Positions 48,180-60,999 of a stretch of 64,000 nucleotides of DNA are shown here, piece by piece. The stretch spans positions 21,367,309 through 21,431,308 of the forward strand of contig NC_092379.1 in NCBI RefSeq assembly GCF_030028105.1. Direction: 5' to 3'. The position numbers were made by a program, and so were the translations under genes. The notes under the pieces were generated by a model. That model saw only the letters and a program-made list of their open reading frames with translations. It made no database searches and had not been told where the DNA came from. The DNA comes from Mobula birostris. Taxonomy: Eukaryota. Numbering within the stretch: position 1 is the stretch's first letter; each line of letters starts with the position of its first letter.

Positions 48180-48574
48180 GGTTTTCTTTACTTCGGTAAT
48201 TTCATTCTGTCTGTGTAAACCCAGATGCTCCTGGACTGTCCTCATTCAGGGTTTCAACAGCTTCTTTCCATCGATGTTGTTCAACCCGCTGAGTTTCTCC
48301 AGTAGATTCTGTGCAGCTCCAGATCCCTGCACTTACAGACTCTTGTGTCTGGATTGAAGACAATTTGACTGGAAGCTTTTGTTAACTTGCCACGATAAAC
48401 TGCAACCACTGGGGGTCAGAGGAACACCTCCAAATATTCAGGCTTCAGTCAAACTGATTGTTGTAATACCAACCAACAGCCACTGGGTGTCAGTGTATCC
48501 GTCAGACTGAGAGGGTGGCAGATGTGGGTCACAGTTCCTGAGTCTGAAAGAGCTCTTCAGATGAATATGTCACA
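48180..48574 (-). pseudogene. Copy 5 of V-segment-like pseudogene
   Basis: QWLLVGITT...FGGVPLTPSGC; cacagac-20 bp-aagaaaacc RSS-like remnant at 48180-48215. Confidence 0.28.
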
Positions 48575-49214
48575 TTGAAATATGTCTTTCTTCCAAATCC
48601 CAAATGCATGATTGTTGGTGGGTTAATTGCCCACGGTAAATTGCACTTGCATTTGGAGCGTCAGAGAGTCAAGGAACATGGAAACAGGCCCTTCGGCCCA
48701 ACTCGTCCACGCTGACCAAGAGGCCCATCCAAGCTCGTCGCAATGACAGCATCTTGTGGGAACTTTTCCTATCCATTTCCCTCTTGATTTTTTGCATCTC
48801 TACAAAATCTCCACACAATCTCCTGCAAGCCAGAGTTCTTCCACCAGATCTAAGCTGGAGACTGCTAGAGATTTAATAACCAAGTACAGTAGCAGAAAGA
48901 CATCCATTTCACTGTTATTTTGACTCCTCACAGCGACTGTGAATAAATTATATGTTCTGCAATTTGTATATTCACTCCAATGAAAGTCCTAGTCTGGACA
49001 ACCTCTCCCTTTAACTCAGTCATGGCAACATCCTTGTAAATCTTTTCTGCAATCTTTCCAGATTAATAACATTTTTCACCAGCAGGATGGATAAAAACCA
49101 AACAAAATACTCCAAATGCACCCTCACCAGTACCTTGTACAATGCCACCATGTGCTCCCAATTTTTACACACAATACCAACAGTCTTCATCACCACCCTG
49201 TCTACATGTGACTC

Positions 49215-51300
49215 CACTTTCAGTGACATATTGGAGCAGAATTAGGCCATTCAGCTGATTGGCTCTGATCCGCCATTTGATCATGGCTGATCCATTTCCC
49301 TCTCAATCCCATTCTCTTACCTTCTCCCCATAATCTATCATGCCCTGACTTATCGAGAATTTATCAATCTCCATTTTAAACACATTCAGTGACCTGGCCT
49401 CCATAACTGCTAAAGAAATTGTTCCTCATCTCTTTTTAAATGGACGTCCTTCCATTCCGAAGTTGTACCCTTTGGCCCTAAACTCCCCCACCATGGGGAA
49501 CATCCTCTGCACATGCATTCTTATCCAGGCCTTTCAGCATTCGATAGATATCAATCAGATACTCCCCCAATTCTTCTGAATTCTAGCGTGTACAGGCCCA
49601 GAGCTATCAAATGCTCCTCATACGATAAACCTTTCAATCCAGGAGTCATTTTCATGAACCTTCTTTGAACTCTGTCCAATGTCAACACATCCTTACTTAC
49701 ATAAGGGGCCCAAAACTGCTCTCAATACTCCAAGTGAAGCTACACCAATGCCTTATAAATCCTCAGAATTACATCCTAGTTTTTATGTTCTAGTTGTCTG
49801 AAATGAATGGTAACATTGCATTTGCTTTCCTCACCACTGACCTACAATTTAAACTTCAGGGATTTCTGCACGAGAACTCCTAAGTCCCTTTGAAGCCCCT
49901 TTGCATCCTGGATTTTTGAGTATTCTCCCCGTTCAGAAAATAGTTTACACTTTTATTCCTTCTACCAAGGTGCATGATTATACACTTCCCTACAGTATAT
50001 TCCATCTGCCATTTCTTTGCCCATTCTCCTAATCTATATCCTTCCTGCAGCCTACCTGCTTCCTCAACACTACCTGCCCCTCCACCTATGTACCTTCGTA
50101 TTGTCCGCAAACTTGACCAAAAAGCCATCAATTCTGTCATCCAAGTCATTCACACAATGTAAAAAGAAGCGGTCCCAATACTGACCCCTACGGAACATCA
50201 TTAGTCACTCGCAGCCAATCAGAAAAGGTTCCTTTTATTCCCACTCTTTGCCTCCTGCCAGTCAGCCAATGCTCTATCCATGCTAGCATCTTTCCTGTAA
50301 TAACATGGATCTTCTCTTGCTAAGCAGCCTCATGTGTGGCACCTTGTCAAAGGCCTTTTTAAAATTCAAGAACACAATATCCACCAGCTCTCCTTTGTCT
50401 ATCCTGTTTGTTATTTCCTCAAAGAATTCCAGTGGATTTGTCAGACAAGATTTCCTCTTAAGGAAACCATGCTGACTTGGCCATTTTATTACATGCCTCC
50501 AAGGACCCTGAAACATCATACCCAACAATCGACTCCCAATATCTTCCCAGCTACTCAGGCCAGGCTAACTGACCTATAATATGCTTTCTTTTGCCTCTAT
50601 CCTTTCTTGAAGAGTGGAGTGACATTTGCAACTTTCCAGTCCTCTAGAACCATGCCAGAATCTAGTGATTCTTGAAAAATCACCACTAATGTTTTCACAA
50701 TCTCTTCACCTGCCTCTTTCTGAAATCCAGGGTGTAGTCCATATGTCCCAGGTCGTTTATTTACCTTCAGACGTTTCAGCTTCTCAGGCACCTTTTCCCT
50801 TATGCCCCATGACACTCTCAAACCTCTGGCAAACTGCTAGTGTGTTCTACAGTGAAGACTGATGGAAAATGTTCATTCAGTTCATCCACCATTTCCTTAT
50901 CTCCCATTACTATGTCTCCAGTGTTATTTTCCAGTGTTCTGCTATCTACTCTTGCCTCACTTTCACACTTTCGATATCTGAAAAATCTTTTGGTACCCTC
51001 TTTGATATAATTGGTGAGTTTACCTTCATATTTCATCTTTTCTCTCCCTACGGCTTTTTTAGTTGCCTTCTGTTGGTTTTTTAAAGCATCCCAATCCTCT
51101 AACTCGTCACTAGTTGTTGCTCTATTATATGCCCTTTCTTTTGCTTTCAAGTTGGCTTTGACTTGCCTTGTCAGCCATAGGAATGTCATCCTGCCTCCAG
51201 AATACTTGCCTTTGCTCCTCTGCCATCATCTCTGTTAGTGTCCCCTTCCATTCAATGTTGGCTAACTCCTCTCTCATGACTCTGTAATTCCTTTTACCCC
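49215..51300 (-). mobile_element. CR1 LINE ORF2, frameshifted
   Basis: ORFs 50818, 50597, 50283, 49880 with QHGFLKRKSCLTN...FKKAFDKVPH and CR1 3' tail near 49230. Confidence 0.9.
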
Positions 51301-54300
51301 AGTGTAATACTCCACTGGAGCTGGAGTTGGAAGTACTAAGGAGCATCCGGGAGGCAGAAGACATTATAGATGGGACTATTGAAGAGGTGGTCACACCCAG
51401 AGTATGGGCTTCACACAGTAGATGCGTGACCACCAGGAGAGTTAAGGGGATTCAGCAGTAATTGCAAGGTTCCCCTGTGGCCATTGGCCTCAGCAACAAG
51501 TATACCTCTTTGGATACTGCTGTGGGGGATGACCCATCAGGTCACAGCAGCAGCAGCCAGGCTAGTGGCACTGTGGCCAGCTCTGAGGCTCAGCAGGGAA
51601 GGGTAAATCCAGGCAGTGCAGAAGTGGTGAGGGATTTGACAGTTAAGGGGACAGACAGGCGATTCTGTGGCCGCAAAAGAGACACCAGAGGTGTGTGTTC
51701 CCTTCTGAATGCTAGGGTCCAGGATGTATCAGAGAGATGACAAGATATTCCCACAGGGGAGGGTGAACAGCCAGAGGTTCTGATCCATATTGGCACCAAA
51801 AACATTGGCAAATGTCAGTATGTAGGGTTCGGGAAGAGGCTGAAGAGAAGGACCTCCAAGATAGTAATCTCCGGATTACTCCCGATGTATGGACTAGTGC
51901 TGGTAGGAATGGGATGATAGCACATATGAATGAGTGGCTGAGTGCAGGGGTCAGGGTTTAAAGTTCTTGGATCATTGGGACCTTTTCTGGGGAAGGCCTG
52001 ACCTGGATAAGAGAGATGGGTTCCACCTGGACTGGAGGGGAGTGAATATCCTGGCCAAGACGTTTGCTAATGCTACTGGGGAGAATTTACAGTGTCTGGA
52101 AACCAAGCACTAGTTCAGTAACTGAAGTATTAATATGCAAAATCAAAATAACCCTGGTATGATGAGATGCACAGTTTGAAGTGTCTGTGTTTTAATGCAA
52201 GGAGTATTATGGGTAAAGTGGATGAACCTAGAGCATGGATCGGGACATGGAGCTATGATGTGGCCATTACAGAGACTTGGTTGAGAGAGGGGCAGGAATT
52301 GGTATTAATGTACCAGGTTTTCAATGTTTTAGAAAAGATAGGGAAGGAGGTAAAATGGGGGGTGGGGGGATGTACGCCACTAAGGGACAATATCACAGCT
52401 GCACTGAGGGGAAACATAATGGAGGGATCAGACACTGTGTCCATTTGGATGGAACTCAAGAATAGGAGAGGTGCAATCACGAGACGGTGGAACAAGCGGA
52501 GGGGCTGGACTGGTCCTGGTGTTGGGTAAAGAACCTGGCCAGGTGATCAGCCTCTCTGTGGACGAGCAGTTAGTGAACAGTGACCACAACTCCTTAACTT
52601 TCAGGATAGCTATAGATAAGGACAGGTATGGTCATTGCAGGAGATTGTTAAATTGGATAAGGGCAAATTATGAGAGCATTAGGCAGGAACTAAGAAGTGT
52701 TACTTGGGAAAACCTTTTTTTCTGGCAAGTCCACATCAGACATGTGGAGGGTGTTTAAAGACCAATTGCACAGAGTACAGTAAATGTATGTTCCTGTTAG
52801 AAGGAAAGGCAGAGATGGAAAGATAAGAGAACTTTGGATGTCATGAGAGGTGATGAATTTTGTCAAGAAGAAAAGGGAAAAGCATGTAAAGGTTCAGAAG
52901 TTTGAATCAAACGAAGCGCCTGAGGAGTATAAAGAAACCAGAAATGAACTAAAGAAAGGAATTAGGAAAGCTAGGAGGGACGATGAAAAGTCCTTGGGAA
53001 GTAGGATTAAGCTGAATCCTAAGGTATTCCACACATACATCAAGAACAAGAAGATAACTAGGGAGAAGGTAGGGCTACTCATGGATAAAGAGGGGAACAT
53101 TTGCTTGGATGTGGAGAAGGTGAATGAAGTACTTAATGAATACTTTGCTTCAATATTTCCCAAGGAAAATGACATGGAGGAGCAGGAGATCAGAGCTGAG
53201 TGTATAGATGTGTTGTGGCATTTAGAGTTTAAGGAGAAGGCAGTGTTGTATATACTAATAAGTATTAAAGTGGATAAGTCCCCAGGGCCTGATGGGATTT
53301 ACCCCAGGTAATTGAGGAAGATTGCTCGGCCCTTAACCAGTATCTTTGGTTCCCCTCTAGGCACAGGCAAGGTTCCTGATGACTGGCAATTAGCTAATGT
53401 TGTACCTCTATTTAAGGAGGGAACAAAGGAAAATCCTGGCAACTATAGAACAGGGAGTCTAACATCAGTTGTAGAGAAATTGCTGGAGAAAATTTTTAGG
53501 GATAGGATATATGAGCATTTGGAAACCCATAGCCTAACTACGGAGAGCCAGCATGGCTTTGTGCAGGGCAGATCATGTCTTCCCAACTTGATTGAGTTTT
53601 TTGACAAGGTGACAAGACTGACAGATCAAGGTAGAACAGTGGATGTTGTCCACATGGGTTTTAGTAAGGTGTTTGATAAAGTCTCTCCTGGGAGGTTAAT
53701 CCAGAAGATTAGGATGCAAGGGGTCTACGGCGAATTGGATGTTTCAATTCAGAAGTAGCTTGAGCAGAGAAGACTGAAGGTATTGGTCAAAGGGACTTAT
53801 TGGAGCTGGAGGTCTGTAATTGGCGGTGTTCCGCAGGGACCTGTGCTGATACTTCCGTTGTTTGTGACGTACTGTATATAAATGACCTGGATGAAAATGT
53901 AGATGGGGGGGTTAGTAAGTTTGCAGATGATGCCAAAATTCGTGGTGTTGTGGATAGTGTAGAAGGCTGGCAAAGAATAGAGCATGCTATAGATATGGGC
54001 AGAGAAATTACAGATTGAGCCTAACCCAGATAAAGGTGAGGTGATGCACCTTGGTAAGGCAAATGCAAGGAGACAGTACACTGTTCAGGGTAAGACCCTT
54101 AATAGTGTTGCTGAGCAGAGAGATTTTAGGGTCCAAGTTCATAGCTCCTTGAAAGCGGCGACACTGGTGGATAGGGTGGTTAAGAAGGCTTATTGAATGC
54201 TTGCTTTTATTAGTCAAGGCATTGAGTTCAAAAGTCAAGGGGTCATGTTGCAATTTTATGAAATTCTGGTTAGGTCACATCTGGAGGATTGGACACATTT

Positions 54301-54660
54301 CTGGTCACCCCACTATAGGAAGGATGAGGCTTTGGAGAGGGTGCAGAAGAGGTTTAACAGATTGCTGTCTGGTTTTGAGGGGATGTGCTATCATGAGAGG
54401 CTAAACAAACTTAGGTTGTTTTCTTTGGAGTGGCGGAGGCTGAGGTTTACAAGATTATGAGAGATGTATGGTGTTGGGGCAAATACATTAGAGACTTTTC
54501 CGAGACTTATGGATAGGCACATGAATATGAGGAAAATGGATGGATATAGACATTGTGTAACTAGGAGAGATTAGTTTTAGGGGAATTTTGATTTACTTTT
54601 TAGCTGGTTCGGCACAACATTGTGGGCTGAAGAGTCTGTTCCTGTGCTGTGCTCTTCTAC
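51300..54660 (+). mobile_element. CR1 LINE with ORF1 (SGNH-esterase-type) and ORF2 remnants
   Basis: ORF1-like KGTDRRFCGRKRDTRGVCSLLNARVQDVSER. ORF2 LKCLCFNARSIMGKVDE...AITETWLREG, VDKSPGPDGIYPR, QHGFVQGRSCL, KFADDAK; CR1 tail at ~54640. Confidence 0.9.
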
Positions 54661-55545
54661 GTTCTGATAAATCTGACCTTAGCTTCTCCCTTTCAAATTG
54701 CGGCGTGAATTCTATCATAATTTGATAACTGGTTCCTGAGGATTCCTTTACCTTGAGCTCCCAAATCAAATCTGGTTCATCACATGACACACAATCCAGA
54801 ATATTTGATCCCCTGGTGGGTTCAAGCACAAGCTGCTATAAAAATCCATCTCATAGGCAATCCACAAATTCTCTCTCTTGGAATCCAAATTCAGCAACAA
54901 ACCTGATTTTCCCAATCTATGATTATCGCCACTTTGCTCTTTTGACTTGTGTTTTATATCTCACATTGTAATTTGTCGCCCACATCCTGGCTGCTGTTTG
55001 GAAATCTGTATATAACTCCCTTCAGGATCTTTCTACCTTTGCAGTTCCTTAACACTACCCACAATGTTTTCCATCTCCCATGCCACCCCCTCTGCCTACT
55101 TACCTATCCTTTCGATACACTGTGTATCCTTGGATGTTAAGCTCCCAACTATAATCTTTTATCCAGAAATCTGAAATCTTGCCCCCTGTACCAGTTTCTC
55201 AACCATACTTTCATTTGCCAACTCATTCTATTTTTATCCTCAAAGGCACGTGGCACAGGCAGAAATCCAAAGATTACTGCACTGGAAGTCCTGTTTTCAG
55301 CTTTCTATTTGAACTCCAAGGTCTGTCTGTTCCACAACACCCTCCAGGACCCTATCGTTCACTGCGGACGTCCTACCTGGTTTAAATTTCCAAAGTATTA
55401 CACCTTGGACTTCCCTGAATAGAACTCCATTTACCACCCTTCAGTCCACTTATTCATCTGAACAGGATTCCACTGTAATTTTCATAACCTTCGCTCTTGA
55501 CTTTACTGCTTATTTTTCAGTGGGTTGCAACCATTGTTAGAGGTC

Positions 55546-58385
55546 ATTCATTGATAACAGAGCGCAAGGTTTAAAAAGAGCGTGGGTGTTTTCAGGACGT
55601 TACAATGGTTTGTAACCAGCACAAGATGTTATTCATTGGTGACGCAGTGCAAAGTTTAAAAAGAGCTCAGATGATTTTGGAACTTTTTGGTGGGCTACAA
55701 TCAGGCAAAAAGACATTCAAAGGTGACACAGCAAAAGGCTTAAAAAGTGCTCAAGTTTTTTTGGGACTGCAATCATAACAATCTATTAGGCACTTCGCAG
55801 GGATGAATAAAAAGAAGCAAGGTGAAAGTGGAGTAGCCACTGTGTGAGTGAACAGTGTTAGAGTGGTCAGGCTTTGACGAAACAGGCTTCTCTGAAAACT
55901 GGCTTGGGCAAACACAGTCGGATGTTCTGAGTAAGTTTATTTTTTCTGTTAGTACACTCCAAATGCTCTGACAATAGGTGCAGAGTTATAATAATAAGTA
56001 TACTGCGTTGGATATAGATGGAGGTGATGACCTACCAGGGGGCAGACACAGTGACCTGTTCTCTGGCACTGAGTCTGTCCCAATGGCTCAGGTGGTAAGG
56101 TAGGGGTGTGGAAGAGGAGTGCAGCAGTGATAGTGGATTCCATAAGCAGAGGAGCAGGCAGCAGATTCTATGGATGTGAAAGAGACACCCTGATGGTGTT
56201 GCTTCACAGGTGCCAGGGTCAGGGATGTCTCAGATCAGGTCGAGAGCATTCTAAAGGGGGAGAGTAAACAGCTGCAAGACGTGGTATATATTAGTAACAA
56301 CGATATAGGTAGGAAAAGGAGGAGGTCCTGAAGAGAGAATATAGGGAGTTAGATAGAAAGCTGAAGAACTGGACCTCCAGGGTAGTAATCACTAGATTGC
56401 TGCCATGCACCACTGAGGGTAACAGTAAGATGACTTGGCTGCAGATTGTGTGGCAAAAGATTTGGTGCAGGGGGAGTGTTTCAGATTTCTGGACCATTCT
56501 GATCTCTTCTGAGGAACGTATGACCTGTACAAAAAGGACAGGTTACAACCTGAACCCGAGGGGGACAAATATCTTTGCAGGCAGGTTTGCAAGAGCTATT
56601 CGGGAGGATTAAGACTAATTTGGCAGGGGAATGAGAACCAGAGTGATAGGGCTGAGGGTGGGGAAGTTGGTATACAACTAGATGTGGTGTATAGTGAGGC
56701 TGAGAGGAAAGGACAGGCAGATGATAGGCAAAATTGAAGTCATGTGAATGAGTTAAAGTGTAACAGGGGGCCAAAATCAAAAAGAGTGATGAATACAGGA
56801 CTGAAGGTGTTATATTGGAATGCATACAGTATATGGAATAAGGTGTTGTAGCGCAGTTAGAGATTGGCAGGTATGATGTTGTGAGCATCACTGAGTCGTG
56901 GCTGAAAGAAGATCACAGCATTCAAAGATACACATAGTATCAAAAGTATAGGCAGGTAGGCAGAGGGAATGAGGTAGCTCTGTCGGTAAAAAATGAAATC
57001 AAATCCTTAGAAAGAGGTGACGTAGTATCAGAGATGTAGTATCGTTGTAGGCAGAGTTAAGAAATTGCAAGGGGAAAAGGATCCTGATGGGAGTTATATA
57101 CAGGCCTCTGAACAGTAGCCAGGATGAGGGCTACAAATTACAATGGGAGAGAGGAAGGGCATGTAAAAAGGGGAAAGTTACAAGAATCATGGGGATTTCA
57201 ATATGTAGGTAGATTGGGAAAATGAGGTTGTTGCTGGATCCCAAGAGAAGAAATTCGTAGAATGCCTATGAGTTTGTTTTTAGAACATCTTGTGGTTGAG
57301 TCCAAAAGTGGAACAGTAATTCTGGATTGGGTGTAGGATAATGAACCGCATTTGATTTGGGAGCTTAAGGTAAAGAACCCTGAGGAAAAATGATCATAAT
57401 ATAATAAAATTCACCCTGCAGTTTGAGAAGGAGGAGTTAAAATCAGATGTATCAGTATTATAGTGCAGTAAAGGAAATTACAGACACATGAGAGAGGAGC
57501 TAGCCACAGATTGGAAGGGGTCAGTAACAGGGATGATGGCAGAATTGAAAAGGCTGGAGTTTCTGGGAGAAATTTGGAAGGCACAGGAAAGATGCATCCC
57601 AAAGATGAAGAAGTATTCTAAAGGGAGGATGAAACAACCATAACTATCAAAGGAAGTCAAAATCAGCACAAAGGAAATGAAAGGGCATATAATATAGCAA
57701 AACCAACAGAAGGCTTGCTGTCTAATATGTGCTATTGTAGTTTGTGCTGTGTATGACTTTGTACTATGTTTTGCACCTTGGCCCTGGAGAATCGCTGCTT
57801 TGTTTGTCCATATTGATGGGCATTCACACCTGGATGAATGACAATAAATGAACCTAAACTGAAAGGCAACTAAAAAAGGACATAAAGAGAGAAGGGATGA
57901 AATATAAAGGTAACCGAGCCAATAATATAAAAGAGGATACCGAAAATTTTTTCAGATATATATCAAGTAAATGAGAGACCAGAATGGACATTGGACCACT
58001 GGAATATTACGCTGGAAAAGTAGAAATGTGGGTAAAGAAATGACAGGAGAACTTAGAAAATATTTTATGTTAGTCTTCACTGTGGAACACACCAGCAGAA
58101 TGCCAGAAATGCAAGAGTGTCAGGGGTCAGAAATGAGTGTCATTTCTATTACGAAGGAGAAGGTGCTTGGGAAGTTGAAAAGTCTGAAGGCGCTTAAATC
58201 ACCTGGACTTGATGGATGTCACTTCAGGGCTCTGAAAGAGGTAGCTGAAGAGACTGTGGAGGCATTAGTAATGATCTTTCAACAATCACTAGATTCTGAA
58301 ATGGTTCCAGAGGACTGGGAAATTGCAAATGTCACTCTATTCTTTAAGAAGAGACAGAGGCAGAAGAAAAGAGATTATAGGCCAG
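55546..58385 (+). mobile_element. CR1 LINE retaining its 5' end (tandem-monomer UTR, ORF1, endonuclease), 3'-truncated
   Basis: Three ~85-bp monomers, then CR1-type UTR, ORF1 remnants (CFTGARVRDVSD-like, NLNPRGTNIFAGRFARAI) and ORF2 to ...VTLFFKKRQRQKKRDYRP. Confidence 0.85.
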
Positions 58386-58386
58386 G

Positions 58387-58487
58387 TGGTTAATAGTTAG
58401 TGCAGACTCAGTGGTTAATAATGGTTAGTGCAGACTCAGTCTGGTTAAAGTTTAGTACAGACTCAGTGGTTAATGGTTAGTACAGAA
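58387..58487 (+). repeat. Minisatellite, ~4 copies of a 24-27-bp unit (gttagt(g/a)cagactcagtggttaat)
   Basis: Directly visible tandem copies. Confidence 0.9.
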
Positions 58488-59224
58488 GTGTTGTAAGTGT
58501 TCCCGGGGTTAAACATCAAAAGAGGTAAGTGTGACCTCACTGCAATCTGAAGGGGAATGCAGACCAGAATCACCAGTGATTGATGTTCTTTCCCAGACAC
58601 TGCCTACCTCACAGTTTTCTGATTTTATTTTCTATGCTCTTGCACATTCTAATAGAAAATGTGACTTCCTTGGGACTCAGCCCCCGTTCATCATCAAGAA
58701 CTTTTGTGGCTCATTTGTGGACATGGTTGGTCTGCAATGCAAAATAATTGGACAATTTTACCCAAAAGCAACCACTTGCATTTACAATGTGGATTTAATA
58801 TAGGAAATTATCAGAAGGTGTTTCACAGGAGCATAAATCAGATGTCAGGTCATAGAAGGAGAGGGAGTGGCAGGTGAGGAAGTATCTGGTCAGAGGAGGA
58901 ATCTGGAAGCAATGCCTCAGTCCGACGGGATGATGTGCTGAAATGGTTTACACCACAATTTACTGACTCACTGAGACGTCAGACACAGAGTGATAGAAGA
59001 GTGAAGGGAATGGAAATGACATCCATAAGATGGATTTAAATTAAAGAGGAAGAGAAAGGCAGTACTGCAGGTTTAAATTCATTAGAATGAATATGTGAAC
59101 TTTGTTGAGAAAGCTCCTCAGACAGAGTAATTGACTGGACTCCCATATGGAGGAGGATGAGAGGAAACTTCAGAATCATTTTAGAATGAACTCATAGCAA
59201 AAATCAGTAAAGTCCATGAAAATT

Positions 59225-59520
59225 ATTTAATTTATTTATTTATTGGCATACAGCATGGAATAGGCCCTTCTGGCCCTTCGAACCACACTGCTCAGGAATC
59301 CCCCGATTTAATCCCAGTCTAATCACAGGACAATTTACAATGACCAATTAAAGCACCAAACGGTATGTCTTTGGACTGTGAGAGGAAACCGGAGACCCGG
59401 TGGAAACCCACACATTCTCGGGGTGAAATTACAAATTCCTTACAGCCAGTGGCAGGAATTGAATCCCAGGTCGCCTGCACTGGAAAGCATTCTGCTAACC
59501 ACTACACTACCATGCCACCC
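59225..59520 (-). mobile_element. tRNA-derived SINE (HE1-like) with CR1-type tail
   Basis: Minus strand begins gggtggcatggtagtgtagtggttagc (A box) and ggattcaattcc (B box), then shark-SINE core and LINE-like 3' end. Confidence 0.75.
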
Positions 59521-60999
59521 AAATGCTGGGTTCCCCAGCCTGTCTGATGGATTATTTGATCAAAACTTAAACTTGTGTTGGGTCCGGATGTCTTTGCGAC
59601 CTAATGTTCTTCACGTGTCAGAAGGGGCATTAAAACCCATTGCTTATGACTGCAGAATACTGGGAGCAGAAATTCCATTCAAATTCCCATGCTGAAATTA
59701 ACCAATGAGATAGTCCCTATTTGAGCAATATGATACCCACCACTGAAACTGAGAGTTTCCAGTAGATACACAGACAATGGCAACCCACTGAACAATTACA
59801 TGTTTATTGATAATTATTTTAAAAACAAACAAACATAATAAAGTTAAACCACAATGAAAATAGAGTGTAGTCCAATCTGACATCTGAAAGCACAAAATTC
59901 CCAAAATGGTACGGCAGTACCATCCAGTACCTTCTTCAGGACAGTTATTTTCAGGTATTGTGAGATCTATCGATCTGTTCTTACCAGAATAGATTCAGAG
60001 TTTAAAGACACGAATCCGGTTCAGAGATGTTATTTTATTTAAGGTGAATACAAAAATCAAACAGCAAGCTACTGGCCCAAGGCTCTTACAGGAGTAAAAC
60101 TACATTTTACTGTCCAGATGTCAGAAAGAAAGGTTTCGTAGATATCTGAACTTGTGGACCTCATCAGCTGACAACCTTGCAGTGACAATTGGATGACAGA
60201 TCATTGAATCTCTCTGAATATGCAAGTTTGTTAAACCTGATCTTCAGGGCCTGAGAGCTTCCAGGCCAATGATAACCCCCAGCTTAGTGATTCATAGCGA
60301 TTGTGATCTGTGTGGCTGCTTCAGTCTAAACTAGAATCACCAGGCAGCCTTCATTCTCTTCAATAAACATCAGCTCCAGCATGTCACACTGGGATTCTGC
60401 CCATTGATGGAACATTGACAAGGCAGTCTGTGACATCTCTTAGTTTCCCCTTATTTTCCACTTGATTGCTGCCAATTCACAATCATCTGATCACCTGAAC
60501 TACAGTCATCAGGATGGACTTCTGTGCTCAGTCTGAGCAAACACACTTTCAGTTGTCAGTGGGAGTCTCCCAACTGCTACAGAACATAAAACGCAAGTGT
60601 ACATACATGTGAACTGCTCATTCCATAGCATAATCAATAAATCAATCAGTAACAGTCAATAATCATTACAGTGAGCCTGTTTCTGACACGAGGCAAATGC
60701 TCTGTAACGAGGAGAGGGTCTTGCTGTCTCTGTGTCTTTTGTCCTTTGGTTTTGATTCATTTTGTCTCATTCTGTGTGGTAAATGTGAACCTGTTGGTTG
60801 GTGCAAAGCACAATGTTAGATTTGTATTTACATATGTAAAGTAGTGTGCTTATTCTTTTTAGTAACACAGCTCCACTGGGAGGGCCCCCTGCTCAAATTA
60901 AACCTGACAGGAAGTGTAAGGACTGAGTGTTAATGTTATCACAGAGTTTCAGACATCTGTCAGCTATTAATAACAAATAGTTACTGAGCTTCAAGTAAA

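Noticed and set aside
58497-58532. VFPGLNIKR followed by gtaagt (J-kappa-like with donor)
   Set aside because: No FGxG motif and no RSS upstream; directly adjoins a minisatellite.
58720-58780. VGLQCKIIGQFYPK (C1-set B/C strand-like)
   Set aside because: Flanking sequence looks like old SINE/L2-type repeat, and there is no Trp, second Cys or splice sites.
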